From positions 128,001 through 192,000 of the IMG/VR virus record IMGVR_UViG_3300037312_000330: a stretch of DNA of 64,000 nucleotides; one strand, written 5' to 3'. Positions within the stretch are counted from its first letter, which is position 1; each line of letters starts with the position of its first letter. The notes under the pieces are model-generated. The model was not told where the DNA came from. It made no database searches and saw only the letters and a program-made list of their open reading frames with translations. Both the position numbers and the translations under genes were made by a program. Source of the DNA: a virus (taxonomy: Duplodnaviria; Caudoviricetes). Below, piece after piece: positions 51,242 through 60,337 of the stretch.

Positions 51242-54232
51242 GTGAGTAGCTTCCTTAGCAAGCGATACACACCGGACGTACGGACGTCCAAGAATGACTA
51301 CGGCCTCAGTTGTCCAATCGACGAAGACTGGAAATCCAAGCCGCAGCGTGTCATGCTCGTCATCGAAACTATCGACAGCCAAGACCTGAAGGAAGGTCGA
51401 CTGCTGCACGAACGAGCACGCACGGTAGTCAGCAATCTCATCCAGTATTCTTGTGTCCAGGCTAAGCGGGAATTTGGATTCAAACGCAAAGAGTGCGCGT
51501 TCGCCACTGTTAATTTCAATTCGTATAAGTTCTTCGATCAGCCCAGAGAAACGTGGCCTGGACATCGCAGAAAGATGGCGAAGCGTGTCTGGGAGATCAT
51601 AGCTGATAAGCGTCCAACTCATGTGATCGTCTTTGGCGATTGGGCCATGAAGGCGATGATGCCCGGCACCGATTGGCTTGAGAAGAAGCGCGGTTGGGTG
51701 TTTGACGTCGATGATGGACACGGACATCCTATCAAGATCTGTGGCAGTCTTGATCTTCAACCACTTTACTCTACTCGCAAAGAAGACATTACCAAGGATG
51801 ACGAGGAAGACGCTGAAGAGACAGGCGACGTCTTCGGTAAGGCGAACCTGCTGTTCTATGTCTCGCGAAACGTCATAAACGGATTGGCTGGTCGTAATCT
51901 GTACGACTTGTCTCACATCAAACCAAATCCTGTAGTAGTCGACACGATTGAGAAGTTCGACAAGCTGTTCAAGAGGCTGTGTACCGAAGAAGTGGTGGCC
52001 CTGGACACCGAGACCAGAAATGGTTCGGTGAATCACAATGCAATCCACACGATGCAGTTGGCTTTCTCAGAGAAGAAGGGCTACTTGCTGCCAATAGATC
52101 ACCCTGAGACACCCTTCTCAGAGGATGAACGCAAGTATATCAAGAAGAAGCTACGCAAGTTCTTCGGAGCGCGCCCAGGAAAATACGCCCTCAAATATCT
52201 GATCACACAGTATGGCATCTTCGACCTTCGTGTCCTTCGTGTGGAATTGGGTCTGCCGCTCATTTGGCACGCTGTGTGGGAGATCATGGCAGGGGAATGG
52301 GTGCTCGACGAGAACATCAAATATCTCGCTAGCGCACCGTTCAATACACCTCAGGGTGGTCTGGACCAGATCTTCACGAATTACGGGAATGACCATTACA
52401 AGACTGCGGCCTTCGGGAAGGGCGACCGTTCGAATCCGGAGCTTACGAAGCTCTCTAATAAGGACTTCGTCGACTATGGTGTTATGGACGTCCAGTCAAT
52501 ATTCGGCATTCACCAGAAGCAGATTGAGCGTGCGTCAAACATCCTCATAGGAGACAAGCCATTCACGAAGTTCTTCAAGAGACTGATTCTTAAACAGTTC
52601 TCGAACACAGTACACGTTCTGTCGCACATGAAGCAGAACGGCAGCACTGTGGACAAGGACTACCTGAAGCTGCTAATCTCGAAAGAGAGCCCACTTCTTG
52701 ATCTAATCAAGAAGGCACGTTCAGCTCTATACACGTTCCCGCAGGTTCAGAAGGCTAATCGTCTGCTGTTGGCTGAATCTAGTGGACAACAGTCGAACAA
52801 GGGACTGTTCAACCGAGTGCAGACAGTATTCAAGTGGAACAAGAGTCCACATCTGAAAACACTGTTCTTCGGTGTTATGCAATTGAAGCCGGTCTCGTTC
52901 AGCAAGAAGACGAAGCTGCCAAGCACAGACAAGTTCTTCATCAAGGCATACGAGGAAGAGCATGAGATTGTCAAGAAGTTTGGCGAGTACCAGAAACTCA
53001 CCAAGCTATATTCCACGTATGTGAAGGGTTGGTGGAAAGTCCTGTCGAAGAACATCGACAGTTTGGCTGACTTCAAGCTACGTCCGGACTACGGTTTCTT
53101 CACAGTCGTGACTGGCCGTCTCAACTCCATGAAGCCGAGTTTGCAGCAGGTTCCAGCACACGGCGAAGTTGCGAAGTACATCAAGCGCATGTTCATCGCA
53201 CTTGAGGGTCATCTGCTAATCAAGTTCGACTATAGCGCGCACGAGATTCGATGCTGGTCCTACGTATCTGGTGATGAGATCCTTGCCGATGCCTTCCGCA
53301 TTGGTCAGAAGCTGCGGCAGTTACTGTTCCGGGCAACAGACCCTAAGAAGATTGAAGAGATCAACACAGCCCTCAAGCGTAAGGGCGACATGCACATCTA
53401 CAATGCGTTCCACTTCTTCGGCAAGTGGATCGACAAGAAGGATCCTCTGCGTGACGCCATCAAGAAGGTTGTGTTCGGTGTTATCTACGGAAAGGGTGTG
53501 AAGACGCTGGCCCGCGACATCAAGCAATCGGAAGAGATAGCGCAGGAAATCGTTGACAAGCTGTACAAGCGATTCCCAAAGGCGGGCAAATGGCTGAAGT
53601 GGTCGATGAACCATGCACTAGACTATCTGTACACGTACAGTCCGATTGGTATGCGTCGAAATCTGTTCGGTGTCATGACCGGCATCAACAGCATCGTTGC
53701 AGCTATGAAGCGACGTGCGGCCAACAGTCCTATCCAAGGCTTTGCCTCACAGATCGGTGTCACCACTGCACGCTTGATTGTAGAGCACTTGTACGAAGTC
53801 CTGATGAAGTTTGGGTACATCGACAAGAAAACGAAGCGTATGCCTGCCGACATTACGAAGGCAGTGCACGATGCGTTGCATACGGAATCACCATATGACA
53901 TCGTTCTCATCGTGACACACGTTGTCCAGTGGGTTGCCACCTACGGCGTTACCGCGTGGTATAAGGAAAACTACGGTGCGAACTTCCTTGTTGAACCTGA
54001 GATCGAGATGGAGTTTGGGGCCAGCGAGGACAAGATGTACAAATGGGATTGGACTCCGACTCAGTTGGACAAGATCCTCAAGGACAGCCTGCAGGATCAG
54101 AATAAGCTGGGTAACTGCAAGGATACGGATCTGGCATACGCATCCATAATGTCACCGTATCGCAACAAGAAACTGAAGTCGTTCCTTGAAGTCAACTATC
54201 CGATTCTAGGTGTATCACCTAAGAAGGGTTAA
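51242..54232 (+). CDS. polA: Family A DNA polymerase with N-terminal UDG-like domain and 3'-5' exonuclease
   Basis: VALDTET (exo I), YGVMDV (exo III), TGRLNS..PSLQQVP, FDYSAHEIR (A), IKKVVFGVIYG (B), NSPIQG, VHDAL (C); RPTHVIVFG UDG-like. Confidence 0.95.
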   Translation: MSSFLSKRYTPDVRTSKNDYGLSCPIDEDWKSKPQRVMLVIETIDSQDLKEGRLLHERARTVVSNLIQYSCVQAKREFGFKRKECAFATVNFNSYKFFDQPRETWPGHRRKMAKRVWEIIADKRPTHVIVFGDWAMKAMMPGTDWLEKKRGWVFDVDDGHGHPIKICGSLDLQPLYSTRKEDITKDDEEDAEETGDVFGKANLLFYVSRNVINGLAGRNLYDLSHIKPNPVVVDTIEKFDKLFKRLCTEEVVALDTETRNGSVNHNAIHTMQLAFSEKKGYLLPIDHPETPFSEDERKYIKKKLRKFFGARPGKYALKYLITQYGIFDLRVLRVELGLPLIWHAVWEIMAGEWVLDENIKYLASAPFNTPQGGLDQIFTNYGNDHYKTAAFGKGDRSNPELTKLSNKDFVDYGVMDVQSIFGIHQKQIERASNILIGDKPFTKFFKRLILKQFSNTVHVLSHMKQNGSTVDKDYLKLLISKESPLLDLIKKARSALYTFPQVQKANRLLLAESSGQQSNKGLFNRVQTVFKWNKSPHLKTLFFGVMQLKPVSFSKKTKLPSTDKFFIKAYEEEHEIVKKFGEYQKLTKLYSTYVKGWWKVLSKNIDSLADFKLRPDYGFFTVVTGRLNSMKPSLQQVPAHGEVAKYIKRMFIALEGHLLIKFDYSAHEIRCWSYVSGDEILADAFRIGQKLRQLLFRATDPKKIEEINTALKRKGDMHIYNAFHFFGKWIDKKDPLRDAIKKVVFGVIYGKGVKTLARDIKQSEEIAQEIVDKLYKRFPKAGKWLKWSMNHALDYLYTYSPIGMRRNLFGVMTGINSIVAAMKRRAANSPIQGFASQIGVTTARLIVEHLYEVLMKFGYIDKKTKRMPADITKAVHDALHTESPYDIVLIVTHVVQWVATYGVTAWYKENYGANFLVEPEIEMEFGASEDKMYKWDWTPTQLDKILKDSLQDQNKLGNCKDTDLAYASIMSPYRNKKLKSFLEVNYPILGVSPKKG

Positions 54233-54233
54233 C

Positions 54234-54587
54234 ATGAAAGTCAATACAAAGCCCAAGTATCAGAGTGTGAGCATCACTTACGATCCGAATGGGCGCAATC
54301 CGAACGTGTTGTTCCATCTTAAAGGTGACTGGTCTGTTGAAGATACGGGTGTCCCTGGAATCGGAGCGAGCGGCAGCTTCGAGTTCGAGATGGCGCGCAA
54401 TCCGTTGAACAAACGATTCGAGAAGCCGCGTAAGCTAGAACTGAACGGCATCATCAACGACAACATTCCGGAAGAAGAACGCCACGCGCTTGCAAAGGCG
54501 ATCAAGTGCGACCTAAAGGACCACATCATTGCGATGCTGGAAACAGTCAACGGCGACATACGTCGCGCCGTACACGGAATCTGGTAA
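54234..54587 (+). CDS. Hypothetical protein
   Basis: ATG just after the polA stop. Confidence 0.7.
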   Translation: MKVNTKPKYQSVSITYDPNGRNPNVLFHLKGDWSVEDTGVPGIGASGSFEFEMARNPLNKRFEKPRKLELNGIINDNIPEEERHALAKAIKCDLKDHIIAMLETVNGDIRRAVHGIW

Positions 54588-54588
54588 C

Positions 54589-55239
54589 ATGGAACACAGA
54601 CAATGCCTTAGTCATCCTGAAATTGTGTGCAGGAATCGTGACTGCTTTCTGACAGAAAAAGGCTATTGCAACCACGATCCTCACGAGCGCATTTCCATCA
54701 CAACAGAGATCAAGGACATGTCAGACTTCCATCGGGGAGCGCGTGCCATGTTCGATGAGTGGATTTCTCGGGCAGCCGGTCGTTATCACGGCAATCCTGT
54801 TGTGCAGCGTATCATCGACCAAGAGAACGAACTGATATACGAATGGGCAGAGGATGCTCTGGAGACAATAAGTCCACAGTCGTATAAGCAGTGGAAAACG
54901 GCGATAGAGATGTATCGCCACGGAATCCAGACAGGCAAAAAACACCGTGATGCAGAACTAAAGGAAGAGAAGGAAGAACGACAGCGGCAGACTGACCTCA
55001 TCGCATACAACTCCTTCAAATGGATGTACGCAAGCATCTGTCTGCTTGTGACACTAGGTGCGTTGGTGGGAATCTACAAACGTTCAGTTCCAGGTATTGT
55101 TGGGTGTCTCTTAGCGGCTGTAGTCACAGGAGTAATCGCGTTCACCCTGCATGGAGCTTCCAGGGGATCTACAGAGGACAGCCAAAAGCCACCACGTAGA
55201 TCACCACCTGCAATGCCACCGGACACAAACAAGGAATAA
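54589..55239 (+). CDS. Hypothetical membrane protein
   Basis: Two C-terminal TM segments. Confidence 0.65.
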   Translation: MEHRQCLSHPEIVCRNRDCFLTEKGYCNHDPHERISITTEIKDMSDFHRGARAMFDEWISRAAGRYHGNPVVQRIIDQENELIYEWAEDALETISPQSYKQWKTAIEMYRHGIQTGKKHRDAELKEEKEERQRQTDLIAYNSFKWMYASICLLVTLGALVGIYKRSVPGIVGCLLAAVVTGVIAFTLHGASRGSTEDSQKPPRRSPPAMPPDTNKE

Positions 55240-55243
55240 TGCA

Positions 55244-55609
55244 ATGAAACACTACGAATGCCACATCACAACTCGTACTCCTTTTGCTGTAGCGTCCACA
55301 GAAATTGCTAAGGAACTACACTGGAAGACAAGTGAGATTGCTCGTGATCCTGTCCTTGGGAACGACACTTACTTCTACCTTACCACTCATGACACCGATC
55401 TGGGTCGTATGTTGGGGCGCATGCAGACCTGTGTAGCGAGAATGAAGGAAGCTGGCGTCGAAGTTGTTCGAGAGAAGATCGAAGAGATCATCCACGATAC
55501 CAAGCTTGGATTGAGCGTTAGTGTCAATCCTTCAAGTGTTTCTTCACGCGTCAACCCAATGGCTGCGTGGCCTTTCCCAACACGGACCGGTCCGGGCATC
55601 AGTGAATGA
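55244..55609 (+). CDS. Hypothetical protein
   Basis: MKHYECHITT...VVREKIE. Confidence 0.7.
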   Translation: MKHYECHITTRTPFAVASTEIAKELHWKTSEIARDPVLGNDTYFYLTTHDTDLGRMLGRMQTCVARMKEAGVEVVREKIEEIIHDTKLGLSVSVNPSSVSSRVNPMAAWPFPTRTGPGISE

Positions 55610-56316
55610 CAACGACTACAGAAGGTGAGATCCATGGAGGACTGCTGATCAGACTCTATGATCTTACAAAGATGGAGCCCATTACACTACCGTTTGGTGA
55701 AGAAACTAAACGTGGGAATCAAGTGCTAGCATATGATCCCGTAATACCACAAAAGCTGGATTACTGGCATAGCAGTTCCAAAGCAGAGAGATCAGAAGTC
55801 TTTGTTGCCGAGCGCAACATCTCTGTGGAAAGTCGAATGGTTGGGCAGAACGCGGAGCAGGTGTTGAGACACGCGCAACATCGCGTCATATCCATGAACG
55901 CAGGCCTGCGCAGAGAAGAACGCATGGACATGCTGGATCATGTAACTGCATCAGTATTGCCAACGCTAGTGACACCAGCCATGATCAGCATGGAAATGAT
56001 GTCTAGCCAACCGAAGTTCTTGTTGTTCTCGCGCGACATACCGATACATCTAAGCATCTTCTGTGATGACGCTTGCATGTTGCTAACATGGACGAACGAG
56101 TACGAGCTAGAACGAAGGATGCGTGATCATTACGGCAATCGATTCATCGTGTATCGGATGCCTTCCATTGTAAACGCTGCGTGTGTGATACAGACGCACT
56201 TTCTGAACAAGAAGCTGAAGCGTTGGATATATGAATCACGTGGCAATCATTTGAAACTGCTGAACATGCTAGAGGCGTTTATTTTTAGACGTTCCAAACA
56301 GGACACAGAGGATTGA
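55606..56316 (+). CDS. Hypothetical protein
   Basis: 236-aa ORF; ATGA coupling. Confidence 0.7.
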   Translation: MTTTTEGEIHGGLLIRLYDLTKMEPITLPFGEETKRGNQVLAYDPVIPQKLDYWHSSSKAERSEVFVAERNISVESRMVGQNAEQVLRHAQHRVISMNAGLRREERMDMLDHVTASVLPTLVTPAMISMEMMSSQPKFLLFSRDIPIHLSIFCDDACMLLTWTNEYELERRMRDHYGNRFIVYRMPSIVNAACVIQTHFLNKKLKRWIYESRGNHLKLLNMLEAFIFRRSKQDTED

Positions 56317-56319
56317 ATA

Positions 56320-56511
56320 ATGAGCTACAACCAACAACTGCGCAGCGTGTTCACGGATAAGGAACTGGAATTTCTGACGCGTGTGATTAGCGACGAACAA
56401 TTCGCTCCACTCACCATCGTGGACAAACGCACGCGACAATCAATCCAGGATAAACTGGCTGGCGCTCAGACGATCCGCAGTTCCAAAACAACCCCGCCGA
56501 GCAAGTTGTAA
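56320..56511 (+). CDS. Small hypothetical protein
   Basis: RBS GAGGA. Confidence 0.6.
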   Translation: MSYNQQLRSVFTDKELEFLTRVISDEQFAPLTIVDKRTRQSIQDKLAGAQTIRSSKTTPPSKL

Positions 56512-56513
56512 AT
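56506..56513 (+). promoter_or_regulatory. TTGTAAAT motif
   Basis: Upstream of the SSB-like gene. Confidence 0.45.
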
Positions 56514-56559
56514 GAATGCGTGACAGCGTCCTATTAACCCAAGAAAGGAGAACACTGCG

Positions 56560-57780
56560 TTGAAAGCAAAATTCAAGACTCAACGCACGTTCGAAGATAC
56601 GCAGAACTTCTCGAAGGAACCGAAGGCTGAAGACATCGTTGATGTGCTGAAGCTTCCTAACGACGAGTGGCTCTCTACGCGAGCAGTTGGTCCAGTGGTC
56701 GCAGTTGGCGGACATTGGGTCAATGTGGAACCTCCCAAGAAAGACTCGAAGACGAAAGCCTTCTGGGTTCCTTGCTTGGCGTTCGACCCGCGTACTGAAG
56801 AACGTGACAGCACGAAGAAGTGTCCGTGGTGTGAAGACACTAGCGGTTGGATCCGCAGTTCCCTAGATTACTGGCAGAACATGATCGTTCGCAGTCTCGA
56901 GGAACAGGCACCTGCCAAGATGCCGGAGCCTACCAAGAAGGAAGCAAAGACCGGATTCAAGGAAAAGGGCTCCAAGACCTGGACTCCATGTCGTGCATTG
57001 CGTATCACGCCCGGTTGGATGCGTGACTTCAAGAAGCAAGCGGCTCTCAATCGCCACACTAACAAGAAGACTGGTGAGAAGAAGGCGTTCCCGCTTAGCC
57101 ACGAGAAGTACGGTGTTGACCTGGAACTCCAGTACGCGCCAGAGGAAAGCGCAGCCAAGAAGTACTCTCTGATGAAGGGTGAAAAACGCACTCCTTTGTC
57201 GGAAGAGCAGCAGGAATATCTGCTGCAGAACATCGAGAAGCTGTCGAAGGTTCTGGAGATTGAGTCTTCTGAGGATCCGGAAGCCGCACTCAAGGCTGCA
57301 CTGAAGAAGTGGCAGAAAGAGTACGAAGACTGGGCCAAACGCCAGAAGAAGAAGTGGAAAAGCAAGTTCGGCGGCGATGACTCTGATTCCGATGAGGAAG
57401 AAGAGGACGACGATGAAGATGACAAACCCAAGGGTAAAGGTAAGAAGGGCAAGAAGTCCGCACCCAAGGGTAAGTCGCGTGACGAGGACGATGATGACGA
57501 CGAATCGTCTGATGACGATGACGACGACAACGAGTTCGAGTACGACAAGAAGAAGTCCAAGAAATCTAAGAAGTCCAAGGATGAAGACGAGGACGACGAA
57601 GACGACGAGGATGAGGATTCCGACGAGGATGACGACGAAGACGAGGACGATGAGCCAAAGTCTAAGAAGAAGTCCAAGAAGGATAAGAACAAGAAATCCA
57701 AGAAGTCTCGCAGCGATGACGATGATGACGATGATGACGAGGATGAAGAAGACGAAGACGATGAGGATGACGACGATTAA
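56560..57780 (+). CDS. Probable gp32-like single-stranded DNA-binding protein with long K/D/E low-complexity tail
   Basis: RBS AGGAG, TTG start; GHW...PCL...KCPWCE Zn-site-like motif; acidic tail; next to recA. Confidence 0.55.
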   Translation: MKAKFKTQRTFEDTQNFSKEPKAEDIVDVLKLPNDEWLSTRAVGPVVAVGGHWVNVEPPKKDSKTKAFWVPCLAFDPRTEERDSTKKCPWCEDTSGWIRSSLDYWQNMIVRSLEEQAPAKMPEPTKKEAKTGFKEKGSKTWTPCRALRITPGWMRDFKKQAALNRHTNKKTGEKKAFPLSHEKYGVDLELQYAPEESAAKKYSLMKGEKRTPLSEEQQEYLLQNIEKLSKVLEIESSEDPEAALKAALKKWQKEYEDWAKRQKKKWKSKFGGDDSDSDEEEEDDDEDDKPKGKGKKGKKSAPKGKSRDEDDDDDESSDDDDDDNEFEYDKKKSKKSKKSKDEDEDDEDDEDEDSDEDDDEDEDDEPKSKKKSKKDKNKKSKKSRSDDDDDDDDEDEEDEDDEDDDD

Positions 57781-57804
57781 TTAGTCGCATCGGCCCAACG
57801 GATG

Positions 57805-57812
57805 TTGTAAAT
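57805..57812 (+). promoter_or_regulatory. TTGTAAAT motif
   Basis: Intergenic, upstream of 57882. Confidence 0.45.
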
Positions 57813-57881
57813 GATATGCGTTGGGCAACCGCATCAACAACCTGAAACATCTTTTCTCAAACCAACGGAGTAGAAACTCAA

Positions 57882-58385
57882 ATGGCGAAAATGGACAAAG
57901 CAGTTGCGAAGCGCTTCGAAGAACTCGAAGAGAAGCTGGAAGACCTGAAGAAGGCTTACCAGAAGCTCGCGAAGGGTGGCGCGGCTGCCAAGGGTGGCAA
58001 GGGCAAAGCCAAGGACGAAGATGATGACTCGGACGATGATGACGAGGACTTCGATCTCGACGATGAAGACGAGGTGAAGCCGGCCAAGGGCAAGAAGGGT
58101 GGCAAGGCTGCTGCCAAGAAGACTGCCAAGAAGGGTGGAAAGAAGTCCAAGGACGAGGACGAAGACGAAGATGACGACGCCGATGAAGACGGCGACGACG
58201 ATTCGGACGACGAAGACGACGAGGACGAGAAGCCTTCCAAGAAGGGCGCCAAGGGCAAGAAGGGCGCTGCCAAGAAAGCCGGTAAGAAGGGTGGCAAGAA
58301 GTCCAAGGATGAAGACGAGGACGACGATGACGAGGACGACGAAGACGGCGACGATGATGACGACTTCGAAGATGACGACGAATGA
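57882..58385 (+). CDS. Charge-block low-complexity protein (coiled coil + alternating K-rich and D/E-rich blocks)
   Basis: RBS GGAG; internal duplication of AKGKKG.AAKK..KKGGKKSKDEDED. Confidence 0.8.
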   Translation: MAKMDKAVAKRFEELEEKLEDLKKAYQKLAKGGAAAKGGKGKAKDEDDDSDDDDEDFDLDDEDEVKPAKGKKGGKAAAKKTAKKGGKKSKDEDEDEDDDADEDGDDDSDDEDDEDEKPSKKGAKGKKGAAKKAGKKGGKKSKDEDEDDDDEDDEDGDDDDDFEDDDE

Positions 58386-58413
58386 TCGTCCTGCACTGAG
58401 CTGAAGTAAGATT

Positions 58414-58450
58414 AGGGGCTCGTCTGCAAACGCGGGCGAAGCCCCTTTCT
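58414..58450 (+). terminator. Rho-independent terminator
   Basis: AGGGGCT-CGTCTGC-AAAC-GCGGGCG-A-AGCCCCT-TTCT. Confidence 0.8.
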
Positions 58451-58482
58451 TGTTTCTGAGAACAACCAGACGTAGGAACAGC

Positions 58483-60132
58483 ATGGCAACAAAAGCTAAG
58501 GGCAAAGGCAAGACAGAGGAAAAGGCCAAGCGACGCAAGCTGCGTGAGAAGGAGAAGGCTGCTAAAGTAAAGGCCAAGATGAAGTCAGCAAAGAAGCGTG
58601 GCGGTCGAACCGAGGCCCTTGAAGAAGGGGAGGAAGTAACTCCGGCAAAAGGCAAGAAAGACAAGAAGGTAAAAGAACACGATACTGCACCAGAAGCACG
58701 CAAGCTGGCCTACGGTCGTGGCATTAAAGAGCCTGACGCCATCCCAGGCATGGACATCGACGATGTCCTGAATGGCATCGAGAAGAAGACCGGTCTTGGG
58801 TCCACTGGTCTTGGTGGAGAGTCGGACACTCGCATGTCCACTGGTCTGCTGATGTTGGACCTGATTTCCGGAGGCGGCATTGCCCCTGGATGGTACACCA
58901 CGTTCGGTGAAGAGCAATCGTGTAAGTCGACTCTGGCTATGAGCATTGCCAGTTTCTCTGTCACACAAGATGTTCCAATCATCGTCTATGCTGACTTCGA
59001 GGGTAGCACTACACCGAACTACGTGCAGAACATCCTGAACACCCAAGGTGTGAAGGCCACGGTGGAGGATGTGTTCGGAGTCAAGGATCGAATGGGCAAC
59101 TATGTCAAGCGCCCACGCATCCGTTACTTGCCGTGCGACACCGCAGAACAGTTCTTCGACTATCTTGCAATGCTGGAGCGCACGCTTCCAGACAAGATCT
59201 ACGAAAACGGCCAATGGTGGTATGTATATGAGAACACCAACGAGAACCGCAAGCGTCTCTCTCAAAGTGGTCACGAATACGACAAGAAGCGTTTCTCCAA
59301 GTACAATAAGTTCTACGTGCCTGCCAAAGACGGAAGTCTGCAGGTACTGATGATTACGGACTCCTATCCTGCGATGTTGCCGGAGCGTCTGGACGTAGAT
59401 GAACCGGGTGCAGGTCTGGCTGCCGTAGCTCGCATGTTTGCCGAGCAATTGCCTCGCGTAAAGGGTAAGCTGCGCAAGAAGCGTATCGCGGTGATTGGCG
59501 TGAACCAACTGCGTGACGTTCCGATGGCGAAATACGGCCCTCCGAAGAAGCAAGCTGCCGGTAATGCGGTGCGCTACTATTCGGACGTTCGCTTCCAGAA
59601 CACTGCGCGTGCTCTGTCAGCAATCGCCGATGCGCGTCCCACAAAGGATAGTCCTTATGAAGTAGAAGGTAGTGTAGAATACGAAGGCAAGGACTACTAT
59701 CGCTACATCGACGTTCGTGGAGAGAAGAACAAGTACAGTCAACCAAACCTGCGCTGCTGGCTGCGTCTGTGGATTGAAGATGGAAACGGACAGGCTCGTG
59801 GATTCGATCCGGTGTGGGATACCTACGAATACTTGAAGCAGACAGGCCAGATGATTGGCAGCCGCAAGAAGAAGCTCGAAATGAAGTTGGTTGGCAACGA
59901 AGCCAAGAAGCCAATTGAGTGGGAAGAATTCAAGCGCCTGATCCTTGGCGAAAAGAAAGAGATCGCTGAGATCTGCAAGAAGATCGGCATGAAGCCGTGC
60001 TTTGTGCGTAAGATCTGTTTCAAGCAAATGGAAGCTAAGAAGGGCATCGACATGTACTTCGAGCAACGCCGCAAGAAGGCGATGGCGAAGGGCAGCGACG
60101 ATGACGATGACAGCAGAGGTAGTGAAGATTGA
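58483..60132 (+). CDS. recA: RecA/UvsX-family recombinase with Lys-rich N-terminal extension
   Basis: RMSTGLLMLDLISGGGIAPG, variant Walker A GEEQSCKST, ITDS, IGVNQLR, GNAVRYYSDVR. Confidence 0.85.
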   Translation: MATKAKGKGKTEEKAKRRKLREKEKAAKVKAKMKSAKKRGGRTEALEEGEEVTPAKGKKDKKVKEHDTAPEARKLAYGRGIKEPDAIPGMDIDDVLNGIEKKTGLGSTGLGGESDTRMSTGLLMLDLISGGGIAPGWYTTFGEEQSCKSTLAMSIASFSVTQDVPIIVYADFEGSTTPNYVQNILNTQGVKATVEDVFGVKDRMGNYVKRPRIRYLPCDTAEQFFDYLAMLERTLPDKIYENGQWWYVYENTNENRKRLSQSGHEYDKKRFSKYNKFYVPAKDGSLQVLMITDSYPAMLPERLDVDEPGAGLAAVARMFAEQLPRVKGKLRKKRIAVIGVNQLRDVPMAKYGPPKKQAAGNAVRYYSDVRFQNTARALSAIADARPTKDSPYEVEGSVEYEGKDYYRYIDVRGEKNKYSQPNLRCWLRLWIEDGNGQARGFDPVWDTYEYLKQTGQMIGSRKKKLEMKLVGNEAKKPIEWEEFKRLILGEKKEIAEICKKIGMKPCFVRKICFKQMEAKKGIDMYFEQRRKKAMAKGSDDDDDSRGSED

Positions 60133-60134
60133 CG

Positions 60135-60157
60135 GAAGGGCCCTAGCGGCCCTTTCT
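60135..60157 (+). terminator. Hairpin terminator
   Basis: GAAGGGCC-CTAGC-GGCCCTTTCT. Confidence 0.7.
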
Positions 60158-60299
60158 CGTCTGTAGATTCAACGGAGAACGAACATGACAGTGGCGACAG
60201 GTGCCACACAGAAGACGGCGGGCAAGGGATGGTGGATGTACTCGGTCCAGTCACTGCATCTGTACGAGCCACACATGGCGTGGGCGAAGAAGACCTGAC

Positions 60300-60307
60300 C
60301 TGTAAAT
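60300..60307 (+). promoter_or_regulatory. CTGTAAAT motif
   Basis: Upstream of the kinase-sbcD-dnaX operon. Confidence 0.5.
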
Positions 60308-60337
60308 GGTTAGGCAACCAACAACCTAGGAGTCGGT

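Noticed and set aside
57380-58385. GAT/GAC/GAA triplet arrays as possible CRISPR or satellite repeats
   Set aside because: No constant repeat-spacer period; they are in-frame Asp/Glu codons
56868-58703. Poly-Ser/Phe-Leu-rich - strand ORFs
   Set aside because: Reverse complement of the GAY/GAR/AAG low-complexity coding tracts
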